Source: Myxococcota bacterium
GTDB lineage: Bacteria > Myxococcota_A > UBA9042
DNA: 64,000 bases
Reading direction: 5' to 3'
NCBI GenBank assembly: GCA_964201005.1
Contig: CAXNCS010000002.1
Coordinates: forward strand, 78,773-142,772
Under the pieces are notes generated by a model. That model worked only from the letters and a program-made list of their open reading frames with translations, ran no database searches and was not told the DNA's origin. The stretch's first letter is position 1. Each line of letters opens with the position of its first letter. A program made the position numbers and the translations under genes. Shown here in pieces: positions 18,425 to 27,587 of the stretch.

Positions 18425-20350
18425 TCAGGGTAATTCCACAGGATCTTTGCGACGCTGCCGGGCGCGCAGGGCAAAAGCGATCGCCTGCACCGCCGCCGGC
18501 GTAACTCCGGGGATCCGCCCTGCCTGGCCCAGCGTCTCCGGGGCCACCCGCTGCAGCTTTTCTTGGGCCTCGGCCGACAGACCACCCACCCGCGTATAGT
18601 CAAAATCCCCTGGAATCAGCCATTGATCGTGGCGATTGGTCCGATCCAGCCGGCGTTTTTCGCGCTCGATATAGCCGGTGTAGCGCGACTCGGTGATCAG
18701 CTCTAGCTGGTCTTCGTCGTTCAGCGCGCAGCTGGGTCCGCTGCGCAGATCCTCGGGCAGCCACGGGTCCAGGTGCGGCCACTCGGCTCCAGCGCGGCAC
18801 AACAGCTGCGCCAGCGTCGCCGTGGTCTGAAGAGCCCCTGCGCCCATCGCCTCTACCAACGGGATATGCTCGCGCGTCGGCCGCACCACCGTCTGCGCCA
18901 GCACTTCGCGGGCCCGCTCCATGCGCCGCAGCCGATCTTGCACGGCCTGCCACTGAGTGTCGCCGACAAGGCCCAAGTCGCGGCCCAGGCTACTCAGACG
19001 CAAATCTGCGTTGCTACAGCGCAATTCCAGGCGATGCTCGGCGCGCGAAGTGAACATGCGATAGGGCTCGGCGTTGCCCTGGGTGACCAAATCGTCCACC
19101 AGCACGCCCAGATAGGCTTGGTCGCGGCCAAACACCACCGGCGGCCGTTGCGAGAGCCGCGCGACCGCGTTGAGCCCGGCGATCAGTCCCTGGGCCGCCG
19201 CCTCCTCATAGCCCGAGGTGCCGTTGACCTGCCCGGCCAGGTACAGCCCCGGCAGTTGCGGCAGCATCAGGTCGCGGCCCAGCTGGCGGGCGTCGATGGC
19301 GTCATACTCCACCGCATAGCCAAACCGAATAATTTCAGCGCGCTCCAGCCCGGCAATGCTGCGGACCATCTGCACCTGCACATCGGCGGGCAGCGAGGTC
19401 GAAAGGCCGCTGACATACACCTCTTGGGTGTGCCAGCCTTCGCGCTCCAAGAACAGGTAGTGGCGCTCGTGATGGGCAAACCGCACCACTTTGTCTTCGA
19501 TCGACGGACAGTAGCGAGGCCCGCGGCCTTCGATCACCCCGGCGAACATCGGCGACTGGCCCAGGTTATCGCGGATGATCTGGTGGGTCTGCGGCGTCGT
19601 ATACGCCACGTGGCAGGGCATCTGCGGCAACCGCACGCCGCTTGAGCGACGCGACATCGCCGGCGCCGGCACCAGCCCAGGGTCCGCCTCTAAGCGGCTG
19701 TAATCGATACTGCGGCGGTCGATGCGCGGGCAGGTCCCGGTCTTGTGGCGCAGCGTGGTCACCCCCAGCTCGCGCATTTGCCCGCCCAAGCCCTGCGACG
19801 CCGCATCGCCGGCCCGCCCGCCCGCTTGGCTGCGAAGGCCGGTGTGCAGCACGGCATCCAGAAAGGTTCCAGCCGTAAGAATGACTACTTCTGCCGCGTA
19901 GCTCAAACCCGTGCTTGTCTCTACGCCCCCCAACTGCTTGCCATCCAGCAGCAATCGCGCCACATCGCCCTGTTTGACCTGCAGGTGCGGCTGGTTCTCC
20001 ACGGCCTCGCGCATCGCCGTGGCGTAGGCCAGCTTGTCGCACTGGGCCCGCAGCGCCCGCACCGCCGGTCCGCGGGAGTCGTTGAGCCACTTGGACTGCA
20101 CGCTGGAGGCGTCGCTGGCCACCGCCATCTGCCCGCCCAAGGCGTCGATCTCGGCCACCAAGTGCGACTTGCCGACGCCGCCGATAGACGGGTTGCAAGA
20201 CATCCAGCCGACGCGGTCGACGTTTTGAGTCAGCAAAAGCGTTTCTATGCCGCAGCGGGCACAGGCCAGTGCCGCCTCACAGCCAGCGTGCCCGCCGCCG
20301 ACGACGATGACGCGCCAGGGCCCGCGGTAGAAGACGGGAGCAGAGGCCAT
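18425..20350 (-). CDS. mnmG: tRNA uridine 5-carboxymethylaminomethyl modification enzyme MnmG (GidA)
   Basis: ORF trimmed to ATG 20350 (MASAPVFYRGPWRVIVVGGGHAGCEAALA...). It has the FAD-binding GGGHAG motif and full-length GidA-like sequence. Confidence 0.93.
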   Translation of the reverse strand: MASAPVFYRGPWRVIVVGGGHAGCEAALACARCGIETLLLTQNVDRVGWMSCNPSIGGVGKSHLVAEIDALGGQMAVASDASSVQSKWLNDSRGPAVRALRAQCDKLAYATAMREAVENQPHLQVKQGDVARLLLDGKQLGGVETSTGLSYAAEVVILTAGTFLDAVLHTGLRSQAGGRAGDAASQGLGGQMRELGVTTLRHKTGTCPRIDRRSIDYSRLEADPGLVPAPAMSRRSSGVRLPQMPCHVAYTTPQTHQIIRDNLGQSPMFAGVIEGRGPRYCPSIEDKVVRFAHHERHYLFLEREGWHTQEVYVSGLSTSLPADVQVQMVRSIAGLERAEIIRFGYAVEYDAIDARQLGRDLMLPQLPGLYLAGQVNGTSGYEEAAAQGLIAGLNAVARLSQRPPVVFGRDQAYLGVLVDDLVTQGNAEPYRMFTSRAEHRLELRCSNADLRLSSLGRDLGLVGDTQWQAVQDRLRRMERAREVLAQTVVRPTREHIPLVEAMGAGALQTTATLAQLLCRAGAEWPHLDPWLPEDLRSGPSCALNDEDQLELITESRYTGYIEREKRRLDRTNRHDQWLIPGDFDYTRVGGLSAEAQEKLQRVAPETLGQAGRIPGVTPAAVQAIAFALRARQRRKDPVELP

Positions 20351-20357
20351 CAAAATC

Positions 20358-21347
20358 CTAAGGCGCGGTCGGCGTATCCGAGGGCTTGCTCGGCTTCTCT
20401 TTGGCCGGCGCCGAATCTTTGGCCGGGACCGCTGGCTCGGCGCCCTTGCCGGCGTCCTCAACGGACTTGCCAGCCGCGCCGACGCCTTCCTTGCAGCGCG
20501 CGGCAGACGTCGCCAGCAGGTCGCGCGCTTGCTTGGCCGCCGGCACCTTGGGCAGATCGCTCAACACATACTTGAGCACTTTCTGGGCATTGGCGCAGCG
20601 TCCCTGCAACTCCAGCACCTTGGCGATCTCAATGAGTGCCTGCCCGACCACCGGCACCGGCTTGCCGGCCAAGCTGTCGTGTACGGCCTGCAGAATGCGC
20701 GTCGCATCGCTAAACCGCTGTTCCTGCACGGCAATTTTGGCCAAAACCAAACCGCACTGCCCGGCGGGCTCGGTATTGGCAAAGCGCTTCTGGCACTCGG
20801 CCGCGACCGCCGCAGCCGTTCTGACCTCGCCTTCCTGGAGCTTGGCGTCGGCCAGCTTGGCAAAACCATCGGCATCGCCCGGCAAATCCGCGGGCAGGGC
20901 CAGGATATTGATGCCCGCCCGGTCGCGCAGATCGGCGATCAGCTGGTCCAGGCGCCGCCGCACATCGCCAACCAGCACCGCCGCGCCGCCGCCGGTCTTT
21001 TCCACTGTGTCCAGGCGGTTAATCACGACCTCAAGCTCGCCGCGCAGCTTGGCCAGGCGCGTCTCGTAGTCGGCCAGCTTGGCCCCGGATCGCGCCAGGC
21101 TCTCTCGCAGTTGGCCGTTGGACTCCTCTACCTGCCCTGCCAAGGTCTGCAGACGCTTAGTTTCGCGTTCCGCATTGGACAGATAGCCGGCGTGGGCTTT
21201 CTCAACCTTGGCGAGCCGCCCTTCGACATCCTCCACCTGCGCACGAGTGGCCAAGCAGCCGCTCAGCAGCAGAGGCAGGGCCAAGGTCGTCGCCCCGAGC
21301 AGAGCCATAGGGCTGCGGCGCCCCGCCCATTGCAGCCGGCTCATCAC
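20358..21347 (-). CDS. YbgF/CpoB-like Tol-Pal lipoprotein (coiled coil + TPR)
   Basis: Lipobox LLLSGC, an N-terminal coiled coil and a C-terminal TPR-like region. Its start (GTG 21347 or ATG 21344) overlaps the pal stop codon. Confidence 0.6.
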   Translation of the reverse strand: MMSRLQWAGRRSPMALLGATTLALPLLLSGCLATRAQVEDVEGRLAKVEKAHAGYLSNAERETKRLQTLAGQVEESNGQLRESLARSGAKLADYETRLAKLRGELEVVINRLDTVEKTGGGAAVLVGDVRRRLDQLIADLRDRAGINILALPADLPGDADGFAKLADAKLQEGEVRTAAAVAAECQKRFANTEPAGQCGLVLAKIAVQEQRFSDATRILQAVHDSLAGKPVPVVGQALIEIAKVLELQGRCANAQKVLKYVLSDLPKVPAAKQARDLLATSAARCKEGVGAAGKSVEDAGKGAEPAVPAKDSAPAKEKPSKPSDTPTAP

Positions 21348-22183
21348 TTCTCCGAGACCTTGAATTCGGCGCGGCGGTTCTTGCCCCAGCAGTCTTCGCT
21401 CTCTTCGCTGCAGAGCGGCTTGGTCTTGCCGTAGGACATGGTCTTGACCTTGACCTTGGGCAGCGACGACTGCAGGAAGTCCTTGACGACTTTGGCGCGC
21501 TTGGTGCCGAGCTCCATGTTGTACGCGTCGGTGCCGCGCTCGTCGCAGTGGCCCTCAACCGTGATGGCCGCAACCGGCTTTTCCTTAAAGCACTTGAGGT
21601 TGGCGGACAGGCCGTTCTGGGCGCTGTCGGTCAAGCTGTACTCGTTAAAGGAAAAGTAGATCGGCGCAAATCCGCACTGGCCGGCGGCGTCCAGGCAGCG
21701 GCCGTCTTTGCACTTGAGGCCCGCGCCGCAATCGCCGTCCGCCTTGCAGCCACTGGCGTCACCGGTGAGGTTGCCCTCCGGGGCTTTGCAGGCGCCCGCG
21801 GCGCACTTCTGGCCAGCGGGGCAGTCCGTGTCCGCGGCGCATTGAGCCACGCACTTGTTGCCCGCCGTGTCGCATTTTTGGCCCGCGCCGCAGTCGAGGT
21901 TGCTGCTGCAGCAATCTGCCTTGCGTCCGCAGCCGCCGGCCTGGCAGGTCACGCACTTGTCCGTGTCGGCGCCGGGGCAGTGGCTGTCCGTGCGGCACTG
22001 GGCGCACTTGTTGTCCAGGCAGAATTCGCCTTTGGACTTACAGTGTTCGTCGTTGTTGCAGTTGGGATAGGAGGGACCACAGCCCGTGGCGAGGGCCAGC
22101 AGCAGTGCCGCCACGGCCCACAGCGCTCCAGAAAGGCGCGGCAATAGCGATTGGCTTGGGACACGGCTTGGGCAGGTATTCAT
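21344..22183 (-). CDS. pal: Peptidoglycan-associated lipoprotein (OmpA-family) with a long Cys-rich stalk
   Basis: Trimmed to ATG 22183. The lipobox is LALATGC. About two dozen Cys lie in the ~150 aa between the lipid anchor and the OmpA_C domain (FSFNEYSL...EGHCDERGTDAYNMELGTKRA...NRRAEF). Confidence 0.85.
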   Translation of the reverse strand: MNTCPSRVPSQSLLPRLSGALWAVAALLLALATGCGPSYPNCNNDEHCKSKGEFCLDNKCAQCRTDSHCPGADTDKCVTCQAGGCGRKADCCSSNLDCGAGQKCDTAGNKCVAQCAADTDCPAGQKCAAGACKAPEGNLTGDASGCKADGDCGAGLKCKDGRCLDAAGQCGFAPIYFSFNEYSLTDSAQNGLSANLKCFKEKPVAAITVEGHCDERGTDAYNMELGTKRAKVVKDFLQSSLPKVKVKTMSYGKTKPLCSEESEDCWGKNRRAEFKVSEK

Positions 22184-22427
22184 CGGCTGGCCTCTGGCGC
22201 AACACGGGCGCTCGGAGAAATCAAGGTAGGACGTTGGCACGGGCTGTCAGGACCCTGGGCGTCAAAGCCGCGCGGGTTCCCAACGGGGGGGGCAGTGGCC
22301 GCCCGCACAGGTCAACGCCCGCGCCATCAGCGAATTCGCCATCGGCGCGGACGTGACCCTGCGGACCGTGCTGTGGTGATCCGCCGGAGCGGAGCCACCT
22401 GGGAACCGATTGCGCGGCGAAACGCAA

Positions 22428-22679
22428 TTACTTGCAGCGGTTGGCGCGGCAGCGGAGCGCCGGGTTGCCGCAGTCGTCGTCCTTGTTGCAGCACTCGGCG
22501 CCAAACACGTTCTGGCAGCTGCCGGAAACGCACTTGCCGCAGGGGCCCGCGCTGGCGCACTGGTCGTCGCTGGTGCAGCCGGCCGTCGGGGCCGGGGTTT
22601 CCTTAGCCGGAGCCGAGGAGCAGCCCGTAGCGAGCGCGGCAACGACCAGGGCGAAAGCGGCAAACAAGCTCTTCTTCAT
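22428..22679 (-). CDS. Small (83-aa) cysteine-knot lipoprotein
   Basis: A GGAGG Shine-Dalgarno sits 6 nt upstream of the ATG. The signal peptide has lipobox ALATGC. The mature ~60 aa contain 11 Cys in C-x3-D-x-C...C motifs like the Pal stalk. Confidence 0.75.
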   Translation of the reverse strand: MKKSLFAAFALVVAALATGCSSAPAKETPAPTAGCTSDDQCASAGPCGKCVSGSCQNVFGAECCNKDDDCGNPALRCRANRCK

Positions 22680-22734
22680 CAGGAACCTCCGGGAAATGCG
22701 GAATCAGGCAGAGGGAATTAAGCAGGTCTTGGTG

Positions 22735-22748
22735 GAGCTGATCAGCTC
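22735..22748. repeat. Perfect 14-bp palindrome GAGCTGATCAGCTC in a divergent promoter region
   Basis: Read directly from the sequence. It lies 56 nt upstream of the ATG of the 22428..22679 gene. Confidence 0.9.
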
Positions 22749-22929
22749 GGTCACGCAAGGCTGTTTGGGTAGGAGCGGCCGGCCAAAATCGAGTCCGCCC
22801 TACCGGTTGTAGTCGGTCTTGTACCGTCAGCGTCGCTGTATTGTCAACGAGCAGCCAGAACAGCTTACATTCCGAAGACGTATGCAGTGACACCCGGCTA
22901 ATCCGCCGCGGAGCTGCATAGGACGCCGC

Positions 22930-22958
22930 TTGACGAACCCTTGGCACAGCCGTAGGTT
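22930..22958 (+). promoter_or_regulatory. Candidate sigma-70 promoter for the usp gene
   Basis: TTGACG (22930-22935), a 17-nt spacer, then TAGGTT (22953-22958). This would put the transcription start at about 22965, favouring the downstream GTG 23006 start. Confidence 0.3.
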
Positions 22959-22963
22959 CTGCT

Positions 22964-23932
22964 TTGACGACCGCAAGACAGATCGCCGGTCGCGCTGAGG
23001 CCCCCGTGTTCGATCACATCGTGCTTTTGACGGATTTGACCGAAGTCACCCGCTTGGCCTTCAAGCCGCTGGCGGTGACTGCTCAGGCCCTGGGCTCGCG
23101 CATCACGATTTTCCACGCTTTTCGCGGGTCGAGCGAGCTGTTCTACCTCGACGGAGAGGCGGCGCGCATGCGCCAAGTGATTGACGACGCCGATCGCCAG
23201 CGGGCGATGCCTACGCTGCTGTCGTACCAGCAAGATCTGGCGGCGCTGGGCGTGCATGCCGAGATCGTGGCGCGGGTGGGGTCTACCTTTGAGCTCGCGG
23301 TGGACGTGCTGGACGAGCTGGGTGCAGACCTGGCCGTGGTCGCGACCGAGGGCCAGCACGAATTCACTGGGCGCGTGCTAGGTTCGCCGACAGCGCGGCT
23401 GATTCGCGACGCCCGAGTACCGGTGCTGTCGGTCAACGAGCGCTTTGCGTCGCGCATGGACGCTTGGTCCGGGTTTGGCCGCATCGTCCACCCGATCGAT
23501 TTCTCGGACGACGAGTGGCAGCCCCTGCTGCGCGCGGCCGAGGATTTTGCCAGCGAGCTCGGCGGCCGCTTAGAGGTGGTCGACGTGGTGCAGCCCGGCC
23601 AGTCGCAGACGCTGGCGACCCCAGAGGGCGACATTTTTCTGCCCAAAGACATGCAGTACCAGATTCGCGCGCGCATGCAGGCCCGCCTGTCCAATGCCGC
23701 CCACCAGATCACCCGTGTGCCGGCGTTTTGGCAGTTGATCGAGGACAACAAGCCGGGATCGGGCATCATGAGCTACGTCGATCGCGTGGGCGCGGACGCC
23801 ATCGTGGTGCCTGCAATTGGCCGCGATCAGGTGCGCAATACCGTTTTGGGCTCCATGGCGGAGCACGTGATCAAGCACGCCCGCTGCCCGGTGCTGACCA
23901 CCCGTCCAGAATGGCAAAAGACCCGCGCGTGA
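22964..23932 (+). CDS. Universal stress protein with tandem Usp domains
   Basis: Two UspA-like halves (FDHIVLLTDL..., RIVHPIDFSDD... ending GSMAEHVIKHARCPVLT). The TTG 22964 start is uncertain. GTG 23006 is preceded by GAGG at 5-nt spacing and gives a typical Usp N-terminus. Confidence 0.75.
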   Translation: MTTARQIAGRAEAPVFDHIVLLTDLTEVTRLAFKPLAVTAQALGSRITIFHAFRGSSELFYLDGEAARMRQVIDDADRQRAMPTLLSYQQDLAALGVHAEIVARVGSTFELAVDVLDELGADLAVVATEGQHEFTGRVLGSPTARLIRDARVPVLSVNERFASRMDAWSGFGRIVHPIDFSDDEWQPLLRAAEDFASELGGRLEVVDVVQPGQSQTLATPEGDIFLPKDMQYQIRARMQARLSNAAHQITRVPAFWQLIEDNKPGSGIMSYVDRVGADAIVVPAIGRDQVRNTVLGSMAEHVIKHARCPVLTTRPEWQKTRA

Positions 23933-23956
23933 GATCGGCGCCAGACCGAGGACGCA

Positions 23957-25312
23957 GTGGGCCAAACAAAGCGAAATAGTGCGACTGCGCCTGGCCTTTT
24001 TGACCAGACACCGCGCGCCCCCTTGGCAGAGCGGATGCGGCCCCGCCAGCTGGATGAGGTCGTGGGCCAGCAGGCGTGGCTGGGGCCAGAGGGCTTTATT
24101 CGCCAGGCTTTGCAAGCTGATCGCCTGCCCTCGCTGCTGCTCTGGGGGCCGCCGGGCGTGGGCAAGACGACCTTGGCGCGACTGGTCGCCCGCCACAGCC
24201 AGGCGCGATTTGCCGCCCTCTCTGCGGTGCTGGACGGCGTGCAGCAGCTGCGCGATCTGGTGGCTGAGGCCCAGGCCGCCGGGCGGAGAGGTGAGAGAAC
24301 CGTCTGCTTTGTCGACGAAATTCACCGCTGGGGCCGGGCGCAACAAGACGCGCTGTTGCCGCACGTTGAGGCAGGCACGGTCACGCTGATCGGCGCAACA
24401 ACCGAGAATCCCGGGCATTCCTTGACCGCAGCTCTGCTCAGCCGCTGTGTGCTGGTGGTGTTGGAGCCCCTGGGGCCGGCGGCGATCGAGGAGTTGCTGC
24501 GGCGCTCCCTGGACGATCCAAGGGGGTACGGCGGAAGCGGCCTTCAGATCACCGCCGAGGCGCTGCACCGCTTAGTCGCTCAAGCCGATGGCGATGCCCG
24601 CCGCGCGCTCACGCTGCTGGAGGCCTCTGCCGAGCCGCTGCTCGAACAATGTAGCCGCGACGCGCAGTTGACGCCGATCATCGACGCCGAACTGTTGGCG
24701 CGAACGCCGCTGCGCAAGGGGCCTCGCTACGATCGCGCGGGCGACGAGCACTACCAAGTGGTCTCTGCGTTCATCAAATCGCTGCGCGGCTCTGATCCGG
24801 ATGCGGCGCTGTACTGGCTGGCGCGGATGCTGGAAGCCGGCGAGGACCCGCGGTTTATCTGCCGGCGCCTCGTGATTTTTGCCGCTGAAGACGTGTCCAA
24901 CGCCGACCCGCAGGGGCTGCAGGTGGCGATGGCCGCGGCGCAGGGCCACGAGCTTTGCGGCCTGCCGGAATCGCGGCTGATGATGGCCCAGGCGACCACG
25001 TACTTGGCCTGCGCCCCCAAGTCCAAGGCGAGCTATTTGGGCCTGGGCCTTGCACAAAAGGCGGTCGAGCGCTTTGGCACCCTGCCCGTCCCCGATCATC
25101 TGCGCAACGCCTCGAGCTCCGTGGGCCGCGATCTGGGATGGGGCGAGGACTATCGCGATCCCCATGCGAGCGGCGGCTTCAACGCCCAGCGCTACCTGCC
25201 TGATGCGCTGCAACATGCCGAATTCTATACGCCCACCCGCAACGGCGCCGAAGCGCGGGCGGCGGATAGGCTTGCGGTCTGGCGAAAGCTGCGCGAAGAC
25301 GGCGGCTCCTAA
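23957..25312 (+). CDS. rarA: Replication-associated recombination protein A (AAA+ ATPase RarA/MgsA)
   Basis: Walker A GPPGVGKTT, Walker B FVDEIHRW and the MgsA_C block SAFIKSLRGSDPDAALYWLARMLEAGEDPRFI. Confidence 0.92.
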   Translation: MGQTKRNSATAPGLFDQTPRAPLAERMRPRQLDEVVGQQAWLGPEGFIRQALQADRLPSLLLWGPPGVGKTTLARLVARHSQARFAALSAVLDGVQQLRDLVAEAQAAGRRGERTVCFVDEIHRWGRAQQDALLPHVEAGTVTLIGATTENPGHSLTAALLSRCVLVVLEPLGPAAIEELLRRSLDDPRGYGGSGLQITAEALHRLVAQADGDARRALTLLEASAEPLLEQCSRDAQLTPIIDAELLARTPLRKGPRYDRAGDEHYQVVSAFIKSLRGSDPDAALYWLARMLEAGEDPRFICRRLVIFAAEDVSNADPQGLQVAMAAAQGHELCGLPESRLMMAQATTYLACAPKSKASYLGLGLAQKAVERFGTLPVPDHLRNASSSVGRDLGWGEDYRDPHASGGFNAQRYLPDALQHAEFYTPTRNGAEARAADRLAVWRKLREDGGS

Positions 25313-25542
25313 CCAGTCCACGTGGCCGACAGGGGTGCCTTGATTCGCCGCGCGGTTGCTCTTACCCTGTAGGGCCCTGCAGAACTGGTGTCCCTCTCTA
25401 TTGCAGAGAAACTCCCGCGCTGCCCGGACAATTCGCGCCCAATAGTTGCCCTGCCCAGCCCAGCCTAATCCAGCCAGGCCAAGTCCAGTCAAGACCTGCC
25501 GCGCCCAGCCTGGGTCGGTTGCCATCGAGGAGCCCTTTGAAA

Positions 25543-27579
25543 ATGTTCACTGATCGCACCCAGCATTCGACCCCTCGCCCGCGCCTGAACCGCTGGTTGG
25601 CCATTGCCGCCGCTACGGCCATGGCTGCGTCCGCGACCTCTGCGTGCAAGCGGAGCAGTGCGGAGAAGATTTCTGCTGCGGCCGCCGCGGCTTTTGACGC
25701 GCCCGAGCGCGGCGCTTTGGCCCCCAAGGTAGAAGTGCTCGCCTTCATCGACTTTGAGTGCCCGTACACCCGCGGCAACGCCAAGGCTCTGCTGGAGATG
25801 GCGGATAAGCACAAGGATTCCGTGCGGGTGCGCTTCTTGCACCTGCCGATGAGCGAGCACCCGGGCGCGGTCCTGGCCGCTCGCGGCGCCGTGGCAGCGC
25901 ACAAGCAGAAGGCCTTCTTCAAATTCTATGAAAGCATGATGGAATCCAAGTCGGTGGGCCGCGAGGCGATGCTGGCCTGGGCCGACAAAGCCGGCATCGA
26001 CGCTAAGAAATTCGCCGCCGATCTCGACAGCCCGGAGTCGGCCAAGCTGGTTCAGCGCGATCTGGGCCTGGCCAAGACCTTTGGCGCCACCGGCACGCCG
26101 TCGTTCCTGATCAACGGCGCGCTCTACCTTGGCGTGCAGCCGGCTGAATTCTGGGAGAAAAAGATCACTGAAGAGAAGTCCCGCGCCGATGCCCTGCTGG
26201 CGGCAGGCACGCCGTCCGTATCGCTCATGAAGGCGGTGATCGGCGCCGCCAACCCGGGCAAGGCTCCGGATTACATCAAGTACGTCATTGAAGGCCAGCA
26301 GCCGCCGGAAGTGGCTCTGCCGACGCCGGCGACCCGCACCTCGGGCGTGGAAGCGGCGCAGATTCAGCCGGCGGGCGCGGGCGGCGCGGCGGTGCAGCTG
26401 GGCAATCCGGCGACGTCGACGGCCGCAAGCGAAGCGGCGATCTGGCGCGTGCAGATTCGCCAGGATGATCCGCGGCTGGGTCCGGACAGTGCCCTGGTGA
26501 CGGTGGTCATCTTTGAAGACATGGAGTGCCCGTATTGCGCCAAGATGCAGCCGGTGCTGCGCAAAATGGTCGACGACTATCAGGGCAAGCTGAGGGTGGT
26601 GTTCAAGCACAACCCGGGAACGACCCACGCCAACGCCTTTGCCGCCGCGGAGGCGCTCGAAGCCGCACGCACCCAGGGCAAATTCTGGGAAATGCACGAT
26701 TACCTGCTGACCCACCAAAAGAATCTGGACGCGGCCGGTCTGAGCGCCGCAGCCGAAGCGGCCAAGCTGGACAAGGCCCAGTACGCGACGGCTTTGGCGG
26801 CCCACGGTGCTAAGGCGCGCATTGAGGCCGATATGGAGCAGGCCCTGGCCCTCTCCGCCCGCGGCACGCCCATTCTGTTCATCAACGGCAAGAAGCTGAC
26901 CGGGGCCCGCGATGAAGCGATCCTCAAGCCGCTGATCGACGCCGAAGTCCTGGCGGCCCAGGCCATGGTGCGCGGCGGTGTGGCACCCGACAAAGTGTTT
27001 GAAGCCATCACGGCCAAGGGCCTGCTGTTGGAGTCCCTGGCGCCAGAGGCCAAGACCATCGCCCTGCCGCCCACGGCGCCGAGCCGCGGTGGCGCCGGTG
27101 CGTCCATTGAGATCGTGGCGTTCCAGGACTTCCAGTGCCCCTTCTCGGCGCGGCTTGACCCGCACCTGCGCGAACTGGAAGCCGAAATGCCCGGTCGCTT
27201 GAAGATCACCTGGGTGGACTTCCCGCTCGACAAGATTCACCCCCTGGCCAAGAAGTTTGCCGAGGCCGGCCAGGAAGCCCAGGCCCAGGGCAAGTTCTGG
27301 GAATTCCACAAAGCGGTCATGGACAACAATGACAAGCTCGATGAGACGCTGATCATGGAGCGCGCCAAGCTGGCCGGCCTAGACCTCAAGAAGCTCAAGG
27401 CCGCGCTCGACGACGGCCGCCATGCCGCTGCGGTCGATGCCCACGGCAAACTCGGCGGCGAGCTGGGTGTGCGCGGAACGCCGACGGTGTTTATCAACGG
27501 CCACTTGTTCATGCCGCAGACCGGCTTCTCCGCCAACACCTTCCGGGTGGCGATCAAGCGGCTGCTCGGCGGCGATTGA
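25543..27579 (+). CDS. Secreted protein (probable lipoprotein) with three tandem DsbA/thioredoxin-fold domains
   Basis: ATG 25543 follows a GAGGAG. The signal peptide ends ATSAC. The three DsbA-like modules have active-site positions CPYT (25759-25770), CPYC (26527-26538) and CPFS (27136-27147). Each is followed by a GTPxxxING-type cis-Pro loop region. Confidence 0.8.
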   Translation: MFTDRTQHSTPRPRLNRWLAIAAATAMAASATSACKRSSAEKISAAAAAAFDAPERGALAPKVEVLAFIDFECPYTRGNAKALLEMADKHKDSVRVRFLHLPMSEHPGAVLAARGAVAAHKQKAFFKFYESMMESKSVGREAMLAWADKAGIDAKKFAADLDSPESAKLVQRDLGLAKTFGATGTPSFLINGALYLGVQPAEFWEKKITEEKSRADALLAAGTPSVSLMKAVIGAANPGKAPDYIKYVIEGQQPPEVALPTPATRTSGVEAAQIQPAGAGGAAVQLGNPATSTAASEAAIWRVQIRQDDPRLGPDSALVTVVIFEDMECPYCAKMQPVLRKMVDDYQGKLRVVFKHNPGTTHANAFAAAEALEAARTQGKFWEMHDYLLTHQKNLDAAGLSAAAEAAKLDKAQYATALAAHGAKARIEADMEQALALSARGTPILFINGKKLTGARDEAILKPLIDAEVLAAQAMVRGGVAPDKVFEAITAKGLLLESLAPEAKTIALPPTAPSRGGAGASIEIVAFQDFQCPFSARLDPHLRELEAEMPGRLKITWVDFPLDKIHPLAKKFAEAGQEAQAQGKFWEFHKAVMDNNDKLDETLIMERAKLAGLDLKKLKAALDDGRHAAAVDAHGKLGGELGVRGTPTVFINGHLFMPQTGFSANTFRVAIKRLLGGD

Positions 27580-27587
27580 GGTCGCCC

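Noticed and set aside
18425-20350. mnmG (gidA) as a possible marker of a nearby replication origin.
   Set aside because: There is no dnaA, dnaN or parAB in the window. I saw no cluster of TTATCCACA-like boxes and no AT-rich unwinding region. A GC-skew computation on the whole replicon would be needed to say more.
22236-22962. Two other TGGCAC strings: TGGCACGGGCTGTCAG at 22236-22251 and TGGCACAGCCGTAGG at 22942-22956.
   Set aside because: The first has no TTGC at the -12 position and points away from both flanking minus-strand genes. The second has TAGG where TTGC is required. Neither has the exact GG-N10-GC geometry.
25453-25512. CCAG-rich tract (CCCAGCCCAGCC..CCAGCCAGGCCAAGTCCAG...CCCAGCC) upstream of the triple-DsbA gene.
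   Set aside because: It has no fixed period or symmetry and looks like compositional low complexity. It is worth a motif search only if the region proves conserved.
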